DNA from: Bugula neritina
Taxonomy: Eukaryota > Animalia > Bryozoa
Direction: 5' to 3'
DNA: 64,000 nt
NCBI GenBank assembly: GCA_964035545.1
Contig: OZ037766.1
Coordinates: 15,738,722-15,802,721, forward strand
A model generated the notes under the pieces. That model was given only the letters and a program-made list of their open reading frames with translations. It did no database searches and was not told where the DNA came from. The translations under genes were made by a program, and so were the position numbers. Shown here in pieces: positions 13,516 to 26,503 of the stretch. Numbering within the stretch: position 1 is the stretch's first letter; the number at the start of each line of letters is the position of its first letter.

Positions 13516-16500
13516 TGTCAGTAGAAGCTAAATGAATGTGACCACCTTGCACTTACTTAATCTATGCAGTCTCTATGGGTAACTTATTATGCACTACTAA
13601 TTTTAAGTTATGTATGTAATTATATATTTTTTTACATTGACTCCCTGTTTTTCTTATATTATTACACTAATGTGTGGGAGACATGATATGATGTTGCCAT
13701 GGAGATGTACTGGTAAAACGTGGTGTTATACCTGTAATTTGCTATTTTTCTGTTCAACAAATTTTTATCATGTTACTAAATAATATCACCCAAAAAATTA
13801 CATTTTCTCACATGCACACATACATAAGTACTATGTGTATATGTATATATATTAAAATATATATTAAAAAGTTATACTAAATAAATTATATAGAAAAGTA
13901 GTTAGGCTCGAGTTAATATTCAAATAACCTCAGTCTGTTCACATCTCCCTAGTCCCTATTTACGCATCTACCCAACCTTTCATAGTCATATACTCTTGCA
14001 GTTTTCACTATTTTCACTAATTCAAACAACCTTAACTTTTATTATTGACCCAATTTGATTCCATGTATTGAGAAATTAATTGACGATCTTTGTCTTTGAT
14101 ATGTAAATTTGAAACATTCAGTTCCGGGGATGATTTTGACCTCTTGATGAGTTAAGCCCATAAGTTCAGCCTACGTATTATGCTTATTACGTATTTCCGA
14201 AACCTAGGAAAGGTTCAAATTTAACAAAGTTGTAATTGTTTGAAATAAAGTTTTGCTTTGTCATTGTACAGCCTTTGTAAAGTTTTCATCAGTTATTTTA
14301 CTGAGTTTTTTAATTTACAAAATGATCATTTATCTCTGTATGTTTTTTTAATTACTCCATTATTCTGCTGATATATATATTTAAGCATCAGCTGCTTTGT
14401 GCACAACTACAAATTGTAATGTAACTGCTGCAGTACATCACAGAAACATGTAATTATTTCAACAAACTATTTTGTATGATAATTTTGAAATTATTTTCCA
14501 TGATACCAGATAATAAATAAATGAAGGTAGAACTACAATGGATAGTAATAGAGTTTAATTTGTACTTTCACGCTCTCGGTGTTATTAGTTATACAACAAA
14601 AGTATAAGTAAAGCAGTGGAAAGTGAACATAAGATTCTTTTCCTAAACCCAATCTTAGAAAAGTATTTTTGAGTAATTATTCCTTGCCTGCAAACTCCCG
14701 GCCAACTATTGAACTGGCGCAAGGGTATAATGTACTGCAGCCTGGGCCAGTCCTGCAATACTGTTTGAGATATTGTACTTGGCTAAACTAATAAATGTAT
14801 AAGGTTCAAGTTAATTCTGCTATGCAACTGCTCCTACCTAGCATTTGATAATACTCTAAATCTAATAATTTGATAATTCTTACATCCTGGTATTTTACGA
14901 ATAAGAAAGGAAAAGTGGAATAGACCGGCTTGTCTAGGGTTAAACTAAACTTGCAACTTGAGAAGAAATTAGTGAAACCCTTCCTAGGGTTTCATGTACT
15001 TTAGATGTAGGATGGGGGCTGACTGTTAGACAGCCCTATACTATGCAGTGCATAAAAACCGCGTATAGATTGCTTTAAATAGTTATTTTTCATCAGCTGT
15101 TGAATTTAAAAAATCATAATTTATCTTTAATGTATTTACGGAGTAGTGTGTTGGGATGAGATGAAGCCTGCATAATAAAGTTTATATTTTATTTTTTGCC
15201 TACTAGCTGTGTATAATTGTAACATAGCTGTGTAATAGATATATTCTTGATAATTTTATTCAGACAGGGCAATAGAATCTCTTTTATAAAAGTAAGGCAG
15301 CTGAATGTATAACAATTTAAATGAACCAAATTTTAGGCCCCACCTCTGCATCATTTATGTTCCAATTAGGAAAGCATGATTCTAATAAGCATCTGTTAGG
15401 CATTCTTTTGGTACCATTGGGAAGGGCACTCTGAATCTAACAACACAGTAGGGGGTGACCTTAGGTCACCCTTGAAGGCAGATAATAGCCTACTTGGTAT
15501 AATCCTATTGTTTTGATTAAGATAATTGGTAAAGAATGTAGATTGTATAACAATGACATTAGATTGTATAACTCTGATAATTGCTTAACACCTTCATGCT
15601 GAGGTATTAGCTCTATGCCCTACCTTATTAGCACTACTCTGCAATTTACGCCATAATTACCAATTGTTATACTTGTATTGTCTAAAAATCTCATGATTCT
15701 TCACATAGTTTCAGATTTTTGTAATCCCATTGATAAGTATCAAGTTTTCTTAATTTTCCTCAATGCCCAATTGTTAGATAATGGTTAGAAATGAGAGGTT
15801 GAGTATTCATAACCTTGCAGGCTGTCAATTAGACAATTAAATGTCTCAAAAGTTTTAGCTGCATGTTTAGCTAATTTATGAAACTGTCAAGTTTTAGAAA
15901 GCTCTAGAAGTTTAATGAATAGGTTTATTGCAATACAACATAACATCAAGTCTGGAAACCAAGAAATATTTTTACTTAAAAGATATTTTCATATAATTTA
16001 TGTACTCGAAGAAAAAGGTTATCCCAACAATGTCTTGAAAAAAATATTTTGCTTCCCTATGCAACCCTATACTTAATGAGGTATACTGTGATGACCAAAG
16101 GCTTAGGGGTATTTCATAAAAAAGACGTTGACCCGCATGACCAAAGTATAAAGCTTTAAACTTTATTCATATAATGAAAATCAAACCTTGCTAACTCAAA
16201 AAGGAATTTTTGTTCAAATTTTTATTTCTGCTTAAATTCTAGTGCATATATTTTATGCTATCACAATGCTATGTGTGTGGGTCACCTGCTGCATTTGTCC
16301 TCAACCCTTAATCTAATATTTCCTACCACCACACGGCTTTGACTAAACCCCACACCTACCTTACATAATCTAAACAATGATTTCCAGAGTTGAATTACTT
16401 CCGCAGGTAATTTGTTATATTTCAGGCCAGTTGTCAACTTAAACTTAGTGTAGTTTTTCTCGGGTGATGTAGCAGTTTCTGTCGATACAGAATTTTCTTT

Positions 16501-17670
16501 GACGTAGTAAGCTAATCAGTAACCAAAATGTTGATTGAAAACGTATGACAGTATTGAAACTTCTAATTTTGGGAAAGAAGAGTGTTGAGGAATGCATGTG
16601 GACTTCCTGCTAGTCTTATTTCACACATCGATGTCTGCGGGTACCTTAAGAAATATGCGTTCAGTAAATGCACTAAGATGCTACTGCCTTATAACAATAA
16701 TGAGCATATGTTTGACAGGTAACATTGGATTAAGTTAGTGCATTTTTAATATTTCCATACCCTAAAAATATACTACTGAACATACCAGCTCTCATAGGTG
16801 GGACTTGTAGGGTGAGCTGCCAAAATATTTTCAGGTAGAAACTGTACAGGAAACAAGGTGCAGCAGAGCTTTTATAGTAAGTTTCTAACAGACTTTCACT
16901 TGACAGTTGTCTTTTTTATAATCAAGCAAGTTTATAAATATACTATACAATTTTTTATAATGATATATATTTGTATATAAAATTGTATTTTAGTATGTTT
17001 TCAATACTTGATATTTTATTGTCAACTTTACTTGAGACATTTAATGTGCAATTGTAGCTGAAGGTTTAATTTGTTTAGTTGACTTTTGGTAATTATTAAG
17101 ACAGGAAAAAAATATGTTCATTTGCCTTCCAGATTTAGAAACATAGTATGAACTAAAAGGTTAATAAACTTGGTAAATTATTGTTCTTATAAAATATTCA
17201 GCGTTTTACTTGTTATCATTGTGCATATAATACGATTTTTTTGCAAAATGTTCACAGCATTCTTCTGTAACATGCAGAATGAATCAGTGAAGTATTGAAA
17301 AGCAGCTTTTCATGCTTACTTTCTCTGGAAAAATAGGTACATGTAGCCAATATCACAATTGAATGATTAAAACATTCAACCGCCCATCTGTGAATTTTGG
17401 TTTAAATTTGTAGTTAGTATGCTATTGCTCGTAGTTATTGCTGCTAATGCAAACCTGGTGCCTGGTTTTCTCTAAAATTTATTTAAAGAGAGAATGGAAG
17501 TATAATTGCACCTTAAACTTTTCAGCTGAAAAATACTCTTTTTAGACTTTTATTTGCACTATTCTCTTATCTAATCATTGATTTATTCTTTTATGTGAAA
17601 TCACTGTACTTTTTTGGTGGAATAAGTATACTTTGCTAATAAAAGCTGCTACAAATAACTGCCCTTACTG

Positions 17671-17720
17671 CTGATTGGCTGCACCCCTAAGAGGTTAAAA
17701 GGTCAAGCTGTTCTATAAAA
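17671..17720 (+). promoter_or_regulatory. Proximal promoter of the coiled-coil/CTLD gene
   Basis: Inverted CCAAT (CTGATTGGCT, 17671-17680), AGGTTA-aa-AGGTCA (17692-17705) and TATAAAA (17714-17720), about 115 bp upstream of the ATG at 17832. Confidence 0.65.
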
Positions 17721-17831
17721 GCAGATGACCCAAGAAGATTTGTTCATGCACCAGTTGACTGCTCACCTGTAGGCCTCCACTGGACATCAACTCTCTGATA
17801 CTGAAGGGAAGAGCTACTCTAGACACGAGTC

Positions 17832-20800
17832 ATGAAGAGACATATGGTTATAGCGCTAGTAGCGCTCAATATACTCTGCATTTTTGCTACACCACTGAAC
17901 AATGTGGCAGTGGAAGAGTCTGATAGTCAGGCAGCTGTAAGTAGAATACATTCAGGAAGTTGAACTTCTTTTCATCTATTGTGATACCAGAATTAATAAA
18001 TTGTTAACTTTGTCAAATAAAAACATTTTATGGTGATACTAAATATGAATATAGTGTTTATAAAGCCCCTGTTACTGTGACAATGAAGCTTGTAAAAGTG
18101 TTAGAAGAATATTTTCGGAACATTGTTGTGTCAATTTTGTAGGCTGTTGTGGCCGAAAACTTAAAAGGAAATCCAGATGAATTATTAAAGAATTACCAGA
18201 GTGGTAAGTAAAATGTTTCTTGTTGAATACTATTATATCCAATTATTCTCATTTTATTTAGCATTGTTTTCTTAATCAGATTGGAGTGAAATTTAAGAGA
18301 GAATGCTGCTATAACTTTGTAAATCCGCTTGTATCATACCAAGCAAAACTTTTACTGAAAACCAGCCATTTTTTCTGTATCTTCACACATTTGAAAATCT
18401 TTTGAGTTCCAATATATAATGAATGCGTAGCATTTAGAACTTGTTAGGGCAGATATTCAACTTATAATAGAGAGTGAGAACTATCTTCAAAATACTGTAA
18501 TCTATGATAGTCTCTTTGAAGACTAGCACACAATTTGGGTAATGATAATAAACCTAAATTTAGCACTGTAAATTACAGTCTGAGCAGCAATGCTGTGTTG
18601 GACAGTAGTATCATTGTTAGTTTACAAACTTGCTGGGAACAGGAATATGTGTTTAGTTTTAGTCAACTACTACTCTGCAATTTTTGGCTATTTGAAATGT
18701 TTTATACAAAGTTCCATTTCAGCTATCAAAAACTTAACCGTTTATATGAATGATCAGTAATAGACTCCGTTATTATCAAGTTGTCTTCACGCCAGAAATT
18801 TCAAGTATTGTCCAATATTTAGCAAAATAACACCATTAACAAGTTTTTCTTTCAAGAAGTGCATTTTTTAGTGCTTTTTAAAAATGGCTTTAATTAATAA
18901 AAAAAGATTGATATTTTAGATGGTTCATTATAGTGTGATATTTGTTTTTGTTGATGTAGCTGATATTTTTGTCAAGTTGGTTGCAAAGAAAGAAGGTAAT
19001 TGAATAGCCCAAAAATATGCAGGATATTTCATTTCAATAACTGACTAAATTATGATAAACATTTTATATCATTTGGAAAGCTGTTTGCTAGCTGTCTATG
19101 CTGTACTGGAATCTAGTACAAATACAACAATTTTTGAACTCAGAAACATCTCAATGAACAAACTTTAGTGAACAAAAATTACCCCCAACAGTGGGCAAGC
19201 CACATCTCGATTGGGCTTATCTGTAAACTGACAGTATTTCTAAGAATTATCATCAGTGCATCAGCTTCTCCAATCTGGCTCTTACATGAGCAGCTAGCGA
19301 GCCTAGTCCATTCTAGATATGGATGCCAGATGTGTGTAAATTTCTGGGCTGCATAGCTGTATGCATTGTCAGCAATTACTACAGCCGTTTAAACTCTATG
19401 CATTTTTGAGCAGCATTTATTAAAATTGAATACAGTAGGCAATTGTGTCTGAAATGGCTGCTAATATTTAACATGTGTATAGCATACATAACTGGCTATT
19501 GTGAAAAGTGATTTCAATTAGCGGATCCTTTAACATTTCCTCTCAGATTTTTAAAGGCTTGCAAGTCTAATGCAACTGATTGATCTTTCAAATAACTCAA
19601 ATCAAATTAAAATTTCACATCAAATTTCCTGTCTACACTTTGACTTTAGTATTAGATTTAAATATGCTTTTCCCATGGTCACATTTATATTAGATTTATT
19701 AAATTTGGTTACCATTATATTAAGTTAAATTGAATCTCATTTATTGATAACATAAAAGTTTTTCTATAAGTTGCATTTCAAAAATTTGTCAAGCATATTT
19801 TTATAAAAGGCATGTGAATGTAATGTATTATATGATAGTGTATTATAATATAAGGTAGTAAGATTTTGTGCAATACAATCTATATGATATGATGATATAA
19901 TTGATATTTTGTAATGCTATACCTTGGCTTTATTTACGCTAATCATATAGTCAGAGGTATTTAATATAGGGATATAATGTGACATAAAATAGAGTTTCAT
20001 TAAGACTTTTTTCTTGATATACTATTAAGTAAGCTATAGGTTTGATTTACATGATAAGAAAATCATATGTATTTGTAGACTCAACAATGGTAAGAGTGTG
20101 TGATGCCAACAGTTGTACTGTCAGCAATGTTGGAGCTGTTAAAGCTATGCCATACGACAGCATTACCAACCTGATGGCTGTAAAAGGAGATCCTATGCTG
20201 ACCAAAGCTCTTACTCCCTCAGTTGACACAGTTCTGGCCTCCGTCAAAGGTCTGAGTGCCCAGCAACAGGTTAGTGATCTTTGGTATTAGTTCTCGGTAC
20301 ATTTCGATGCATTGGGTTTGAGCAATTGTTTTGTTTAGAAATAGATGCCTTTTGTCAGAGTTTATACAGAAATATTCTTTTTGTTTGATTAGAGACTGGA
20401 GAAATTGCAAGCTGAGATGGATGCTCTCAATGCCATGTTTGACAAAGGAGCTGCATCTTCAACTAAAGCAAGTACTCAGTATGCTGCTGTGATGACTAAA
20501 GGAATTGTCTTACCTGCTGCTCCACCCAAGGCCTATGCTGCCGCTCTCCCACCTAGCAAAGGATCAGTTGCTGCAGCAGCTGCTTCCAAAGGATGTAAGT
20601 GTGATTAATTTAAACATGAAAGAAAATGAGGCTGCACTTAGTATGTTAGGATTTCTCATAAAGGCTAGGATTTATACTACATTTCTATTATTTGAAAACA
20701 AACTCTGTAAACTGTTGGGCTAAGCTTCAGGAAAAGTCAACTTCTTGAATAAAATTTACAATTAATACTGAAATATGACTGTTTTAGCCATGCAACTGGA

Positions 20801-23800
20801 AGCCGCCATGTGCCCAATGACTATGTATGAGCTCGGAAAAGCACAGAAACTGAACGCTGAGGTCACCTCTCAACTGCAAACGTGCAACCTAAAGACTGCC
20901 ATGCTGATGAGAGAGAAAGCCGAGTGTGAAGCTGGCAAAGCTGTGAGTAAATCAAAGTATTACTTCACATACTGTAGGAAAATATCAGGCCATGTTAATT
21001 CTCTCAGAGTTATCTACTCTTTACAACCATTTGCTAAGAGTTGTCTTCTCAAAATACTAGTCTAATATAATTTAAAGTTGTTATGCTATAAAAGTTTACA
21101 TTGTAGAGAAGGAGTTGCTTTACCTTACCGTTATAAGTTTTACTCCTGTTGACCTTCAGATCTAATGATGTATGTGTTTACTTGTTAGGCTGCTGAGATG
21201 GGCAAGATGGCTGCTGAACAGCAAGCTGCTATGAATGCTAAAATAGCTGCCGAGCAAAAAGCTAGAGCTGACAGACTAGAGATTTTGTTGGCACAGGCTA
21301 ACCAAGAGAATGCTGCTCTCAGAAACCAGAAGGTGCGTGGAGTGTAGTAGATTATACAGACGATCATAATCTTATAGAGTTTTGTTGACTAAAATTTATT
21401 TGTCAAAGTTACTAGTCACATATTCTACGACTTGAAAATTTATACAAAATAAATATATATTTTTAATTTTGTAGGCTATCCTTGAGGAAACTCTCAGTGT
21501 AACCCAAGATGCTCTCACTATGGAAAGGGAAAAATCTGCAGCTCTTACTGTCGCCCTTGGCCAATGTAATGATGACAAGGCTCAACTCGAAGCTGAGAAG
21601 GCCGTACTTATTTCTGTATGTACCTTTCTGTTTCGATATTTGATAATGAGATGACTATTCACATGTTGCAATATAAGTGTTAGTATAATTGTCTTTGTGA
21701 AGAAATATACATCAACGCAAATGGTGTTGTTTGTTTTAGACCTTGGCTGATACCAGAGAACAGCTAGCAGAAACTCAAAGAGCTTTGGAAAAAGAAAAGA
21801 TCGAACACCAGAAGACACAGAGAGAACTTGAAGCCACGATTGCTGAGCGTGATGCCATTGAAGCTGCCAGGAAACAGCTGGAGGAGGCCAAGCAGCAGCT
21901 GGAAGATGAGCTTGCCGAGACTAAGAGCCAATTGGAAGCCATGACCGTTGAGAGGGACCAAGTGAGTTGCTGCACATTTAATTTTCTAGAATATGTTTAT
22001 TTTGTACAATTTGCATTTATTTTGATTGTGTCAAGTTAGAAGTAACATCTGTAGCCTGCAAGAAGACATATTTATTTGCAGCTCCAAATTGCTCTTGATG
22101 CCACCAATGCTCGTCTGGAACAATGCACAGCTGACAAGATCCAATGTGAAGCTGATTTGAGTAACGAGAAAGCTTTGACCGCCCTCCTCACTGGACAGCT
22201 GGCCGATGCCATGGCACTGCTTGCTGAAGAGAAGAAGGCAAGAGAAGAGCTCACTGCTCTCCTTATGCAAGTCAAGGCTACGGCTGAAGCTGTAAGTTTG
22301 TTGAAATAAAAAATCCGCACTAAAATTGACTCTAATATTCATTACTGCTTCCACTAATTCTACATTTTAAAAATAGATTTATATCATACATTGACATGTA
22401 AGAGGTTTCGACCAAGTAATGCAATTGAATATTTAAACACAAGTTGATTTCATTTCCTCCATTTTTCTTATACACTAAACAGTTTCTTTATCCAATTTAA
22501 TGTATATCATTCTTTAAATATAAAGTATTTTTTCAAAAATTATATTATTACAAAAATTACTTTCAATTAAGTGTAGAAAATTTGGTAATGTTATTGTAGC
22601 TCCAAGAAGAAGTCAGAAAACTGCAACTTGAGAACGCTCTACTCCGAGATCAGCTGATGAAGTTGAAGACTGAGCAAGGTAGTTATTACCAACAATACTA
22701 ATAGAACGCACGTATTTTCATAACATTTGCAAGTCATAACACTGGGTGTCTAACAACATTACACTAGACATCGATCACTTCCTGTTAAATAGTCGGATAA
22801 TTAGTTTATGGCTCATGAGTCCCTTTAAGCTATATTCACCGAGTAGCATCTCAGTGCTCTGTAGTTTTAGGCTGCATAAAACTTTAGTAACCTGATTTTA
22901 GTAAGCCAGATATTGTCTGACAGCAGCATTCTTATTTGAAAATTATTTTTATCTAAATTTAGAAATGGCCCTAGCAATGGCTGCTGGATGCCCAGCAACA
23001 TATGAGAAGTTTGGAGCCAGTTGCTATAAATATGTGAGAGAAAAGACCCAGTGGAAGATGGCCCAGGAACAGTGCATGAAAGATGGCGGTAACTTGGTCG
23101 CTGTTGAAACCGGAATGGAGCAAGCCTTCCTGGTTGACTACCTTAAACGTCATGGTAAGTTAAAAGTATTTCTGGATGGCATACTGAGCTACTATATTAT
23201 TATGGTGATTACCACTTACTTGAAAGCAGGCAGTTTTTCATAGCAGACCAATGCAATACTATTTAGCTTGCGTAACTTGTCAACATAAAACACAACCTTC
23301 TTTTTAGTAGCATCTTACAACAGAAACAAGGCCAAAACTACTATGCAGCTAATAGCTAGCAATTATATAATGTAAATTGAATAGGTAGTATAATATTGAA
23401 ATTAATTTTAGAACAAAATCTTATGTGGTTGTGGTGTGCTAGATTTTGCTGTTGTGTGTTCTTCTGCCTTTATCAACACATTTTGTTAAACTCCCCCACA
23501 GTGATTGTTAGTCTACTGAGTTACCCTAACAAACTCCCTGTTAGTGCTTAGTGCATGCCAAACCTACAATATTTTTTCCTAAGTCTATACAAACACAATT
23601 ATTGGCTGTGTGTATAGGTGTCGCATCAGAAAAATACGTGTTGACCAGTGGTTATAAGAGTTTGCCCGGTGGCTACTGGAAGTGGCTAGGAGGTGCTGAC
23701 CAATATATGGGAGCTAGTGGACCCACTTACTGGTTTAATGAAATGACCAAAAATAAGCCACAATATGACTGTCAGGCTCTTTATGTGTTTGACCCAACTT

Positions 23801-24111
23801 ATTATGCCTCCTGGGTCGGCTACCCCTGTGATAGGCCCGCTGTATCCGTTTGTGAATATCAGGTCGCTGGTTCATTGAGCTCTCCCACCGATGGCGCTTA
23901 CATGACTGAACTTCTTCGAAACGCTCCTAACTACCTTCAACCAACGTCCAGTAAAGGGGTTCTCGCTATAGCCCCATCAAGTAGACCTGTTGGTGCTCCT
24001 TTAACTAAAGGGGTGCCACTTGCTCCAACCCTCAAAGGGTCCACCTTAGTAATGTCTCCCTACGCTAAAGGAATGGTCAACATGGCTCCCTACTTGCTAA
24101 AAGGAGTATAA
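17832..24111 (+). CDS. Secreted coiled-coil + C-type lectin domain protein (~743 aa). Exons: 17832-17936, 18143-18203, 18960-18995 (microexon, less sure), 20079-20269, 20393-20594, 20788-20942, 21189-21332, 21475-21615, 21740-21961, 22082-22291, 22600-22678, 22963-23154, 23618-24111
   Basis: Signal peptide MKRHMVIALVALNILCIFA. All introns are GT-AG and in phase; exons total 2232 nt. Heptad-like A/E/K/L/Q-rich exons precede a CTLD: CPATYEKFGASCYKY...WKMAQEQCMKDGGNLVAVETGMEQAFL...WKWLG...DCQAL...WVGYPCDRPAVSVCE. Confidence 0.88.
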
Positions 24112-26255
24112 AACGTGAACTGTTATTAATAGAGCAGTAGCTGACTCTGTCTATAGACTAACATTTTCTTGGCTGTTTTATGACCAATGAGAGAATGATG
24201 TGAACTAATTCAATGTATTATATTGTGTTCTAATGTGTGTTTCTCTTCTATCACTATGATGCTATTCTTACTGGAACCAGCCAGGATTTCATGACTATTG
24301 TTTGAATATTTAAGTTTAACTAATGAAAACCCTTTGCTTTTTCCTTCTTGCTACCCTGCTTTACCCCTTTTAAACCAACTTTCACTGTGCCAATAGTGTG
24401 CTAAACATCTCAACATGTTATAGCAATGGTAGAAAGCAAAGGGTATTCTTTCTTTCTCTCTTTCTATAGTATTAAGTAATGTTGTATCACCAAGAAGTGT
24501 TCAATTTTTCTCTTCAAGTTCATTAATAATAATTGATATGATACTATTTTAAGCAAACACTTATTTTTGTGCTCTCCCCTCCGCAAGAAATTTTATGAGC
24601 AGAGAAAATAGGTCACAAAATAGGGAATTCTGTACACGCATTGAGTAACTGAAGATAAATTTTGTATTGCTTGGTAAAGCCTTTATAGTTGTGAAGGAAA
24701 TGTAATGATTGTGATTCAATTGGTAAAGTTAACTGTTGCATGAACGCCCCCATGAGTTTTCCACACAGGTATTAGTCTTTTCTGTAGACTATTAATAGCA
24801 CTCCCACACTCCCACCCCCCACTTTTACAGACATTGATTCATGCAACAACAAATTAATATCATCAATTTACACGATAATCATCTTTTGTTCAAATTTCCA
24901 TCCTAAAATTTCAGTTTAAGGCACAGCTACTTAAATTAGCCAACATACAACTTTTGATGCTGCAAATGGTGTTGATGACTTGTAAATTTCTTTGAAGGCA
25001 GATTTTTTCGCCTGCTTCACAAATATAAATACAGCAGCTAAAACTGACGTACTTGCAAAGATTAACTTTACCTAGTTTACCTATTCACTGTATAGTACTT
25101 TGGAGTTGAGTGAATAAAACTTTATAGATATTGCATATTCTTGCAAGGCGATGAAGCAGAACAAATCATTAAAATATAAGTAGCTAGTGATAAATATTTG
25201 CATCAGCTGCAAATACAAGATGTTTTAATACTTTGCCACAAAAAATCTATTTTACACAAGGGTGTGACATGTTGGCTTAGCTGTATCCTGGTAATTTATA
25301 CCTACTGAAGTTTTATGCTGCAGCTGAAAATTATGCAGTTCAATAAATAATTTAAATTAATATATTTGTATAATTGAATCGATAGAAAATTAGTTTCAGA
25401 ATTTTGAATACATTTGCACAAATTATTAACTTTTTAAGTCCCTGAGTAGAAAGAATCACACCCTCATAGTGTTATACTGTTTAGTAAAACAGTATGTGCA
25501 GTTGATAATATGTGTAAAATTTAAATGTCTCCCAATACTGTGTGCTTCAGGACTTATACAAAATATAAAGTATTAATTTCGGTTTTCAAATGTAAAACAT
25601 TATATTTTTTATTAATATAAAAAACAACATTTAAACAATGGTTTGTCAGAAGTGTTTTGCTTGAAAAACTTTCAGTTTTATTTATTCACTATGATACTAT
25701 TTCTCACTTATCATATCTTTTGTATGTTTGTATAATAACTTAAAAGTCAAGTCAGTGGGTGATGATATATGAGTAAGACGTGGTAATTTAGATATTGACA
25801 TGCTATACATGTAGGTGTACTGTTTTTCTGGTTGACTATTAATCATTGCCTTCGTTGTTGTTTTTTGCAAGTAAAAAAACTGTTTAGAACTAATGGAACA
25901 AAATTGAACTGAAATAGGAAGTGTCAGGCTTTCACGAGGCTTCCTTTGAACACTCTACATCAGTGTAAAAAATATCTTCTAATTGCTAACAATAATGAGA
26001 GCCTACACAACTGTTAAACTGTCTATATGAAAACTGGTGTTCCAGATACCAAGCAGATACAGGGCTGAAGAATTGGCAATGATCATGAAATTTTATTAAT
26101 CCTGAGCTTATGTCTAGAAGTAGAAGTTGCATCATATGGGTGTATTTTATATTTTATTGTCATTTGAGCATATATATCATTAGGTAGAACTTATTAAGTC
26201 TGAAAAGTTGTACAAGTCAGCTAGTAGTACCAACAAATTTTATTGCCTTTTGTAG

Positions 26256-26503
26256 AAGCTCGATTTGATGACAAATACTTGCATTTGGGAGGATTTGACT
26301 ACCATGCCAATGGAGTGTTCAAATGGATAAGTAACCAAAGCCCTGTAGACTTGGGGAAAACCTTTTGGCTGTTGAACAACCCAAGAGGCATGGGGAGACG
26401 ATGCCTTGCTTTCCAAACCTGGGATATGGATTACTTTGGCCAATGGGCTGATGAATACTGTTGGGTGTCATTACCATTTGTATGTGAAATGTCCGTAATC
26501 TAA
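26256..26503 (+). CDS. Second C-terminal half-CTLD exon; probable alternative last exon of the gene starting at 17832 (isoform ~661 aa)
   Basis: Acceptor TTTTGTAG ends at 26255. The phase-1 start matches the donor after 23154. It encodes YLHLGGFDYHANGVFKWISNQSPV...FWLLNNPRGMGRRCLAF...WADEYCWVSLPFVCE. No N-terminal CTLD half or signal peptide was found in 24112-26255. Confidence 0.75.

Noticed and set aside
21185-22354. Antisense Ser/Ala/Cys-rich ORFs
   Set aside because: They are shadows of the coiled-coil exons on the plus strand.
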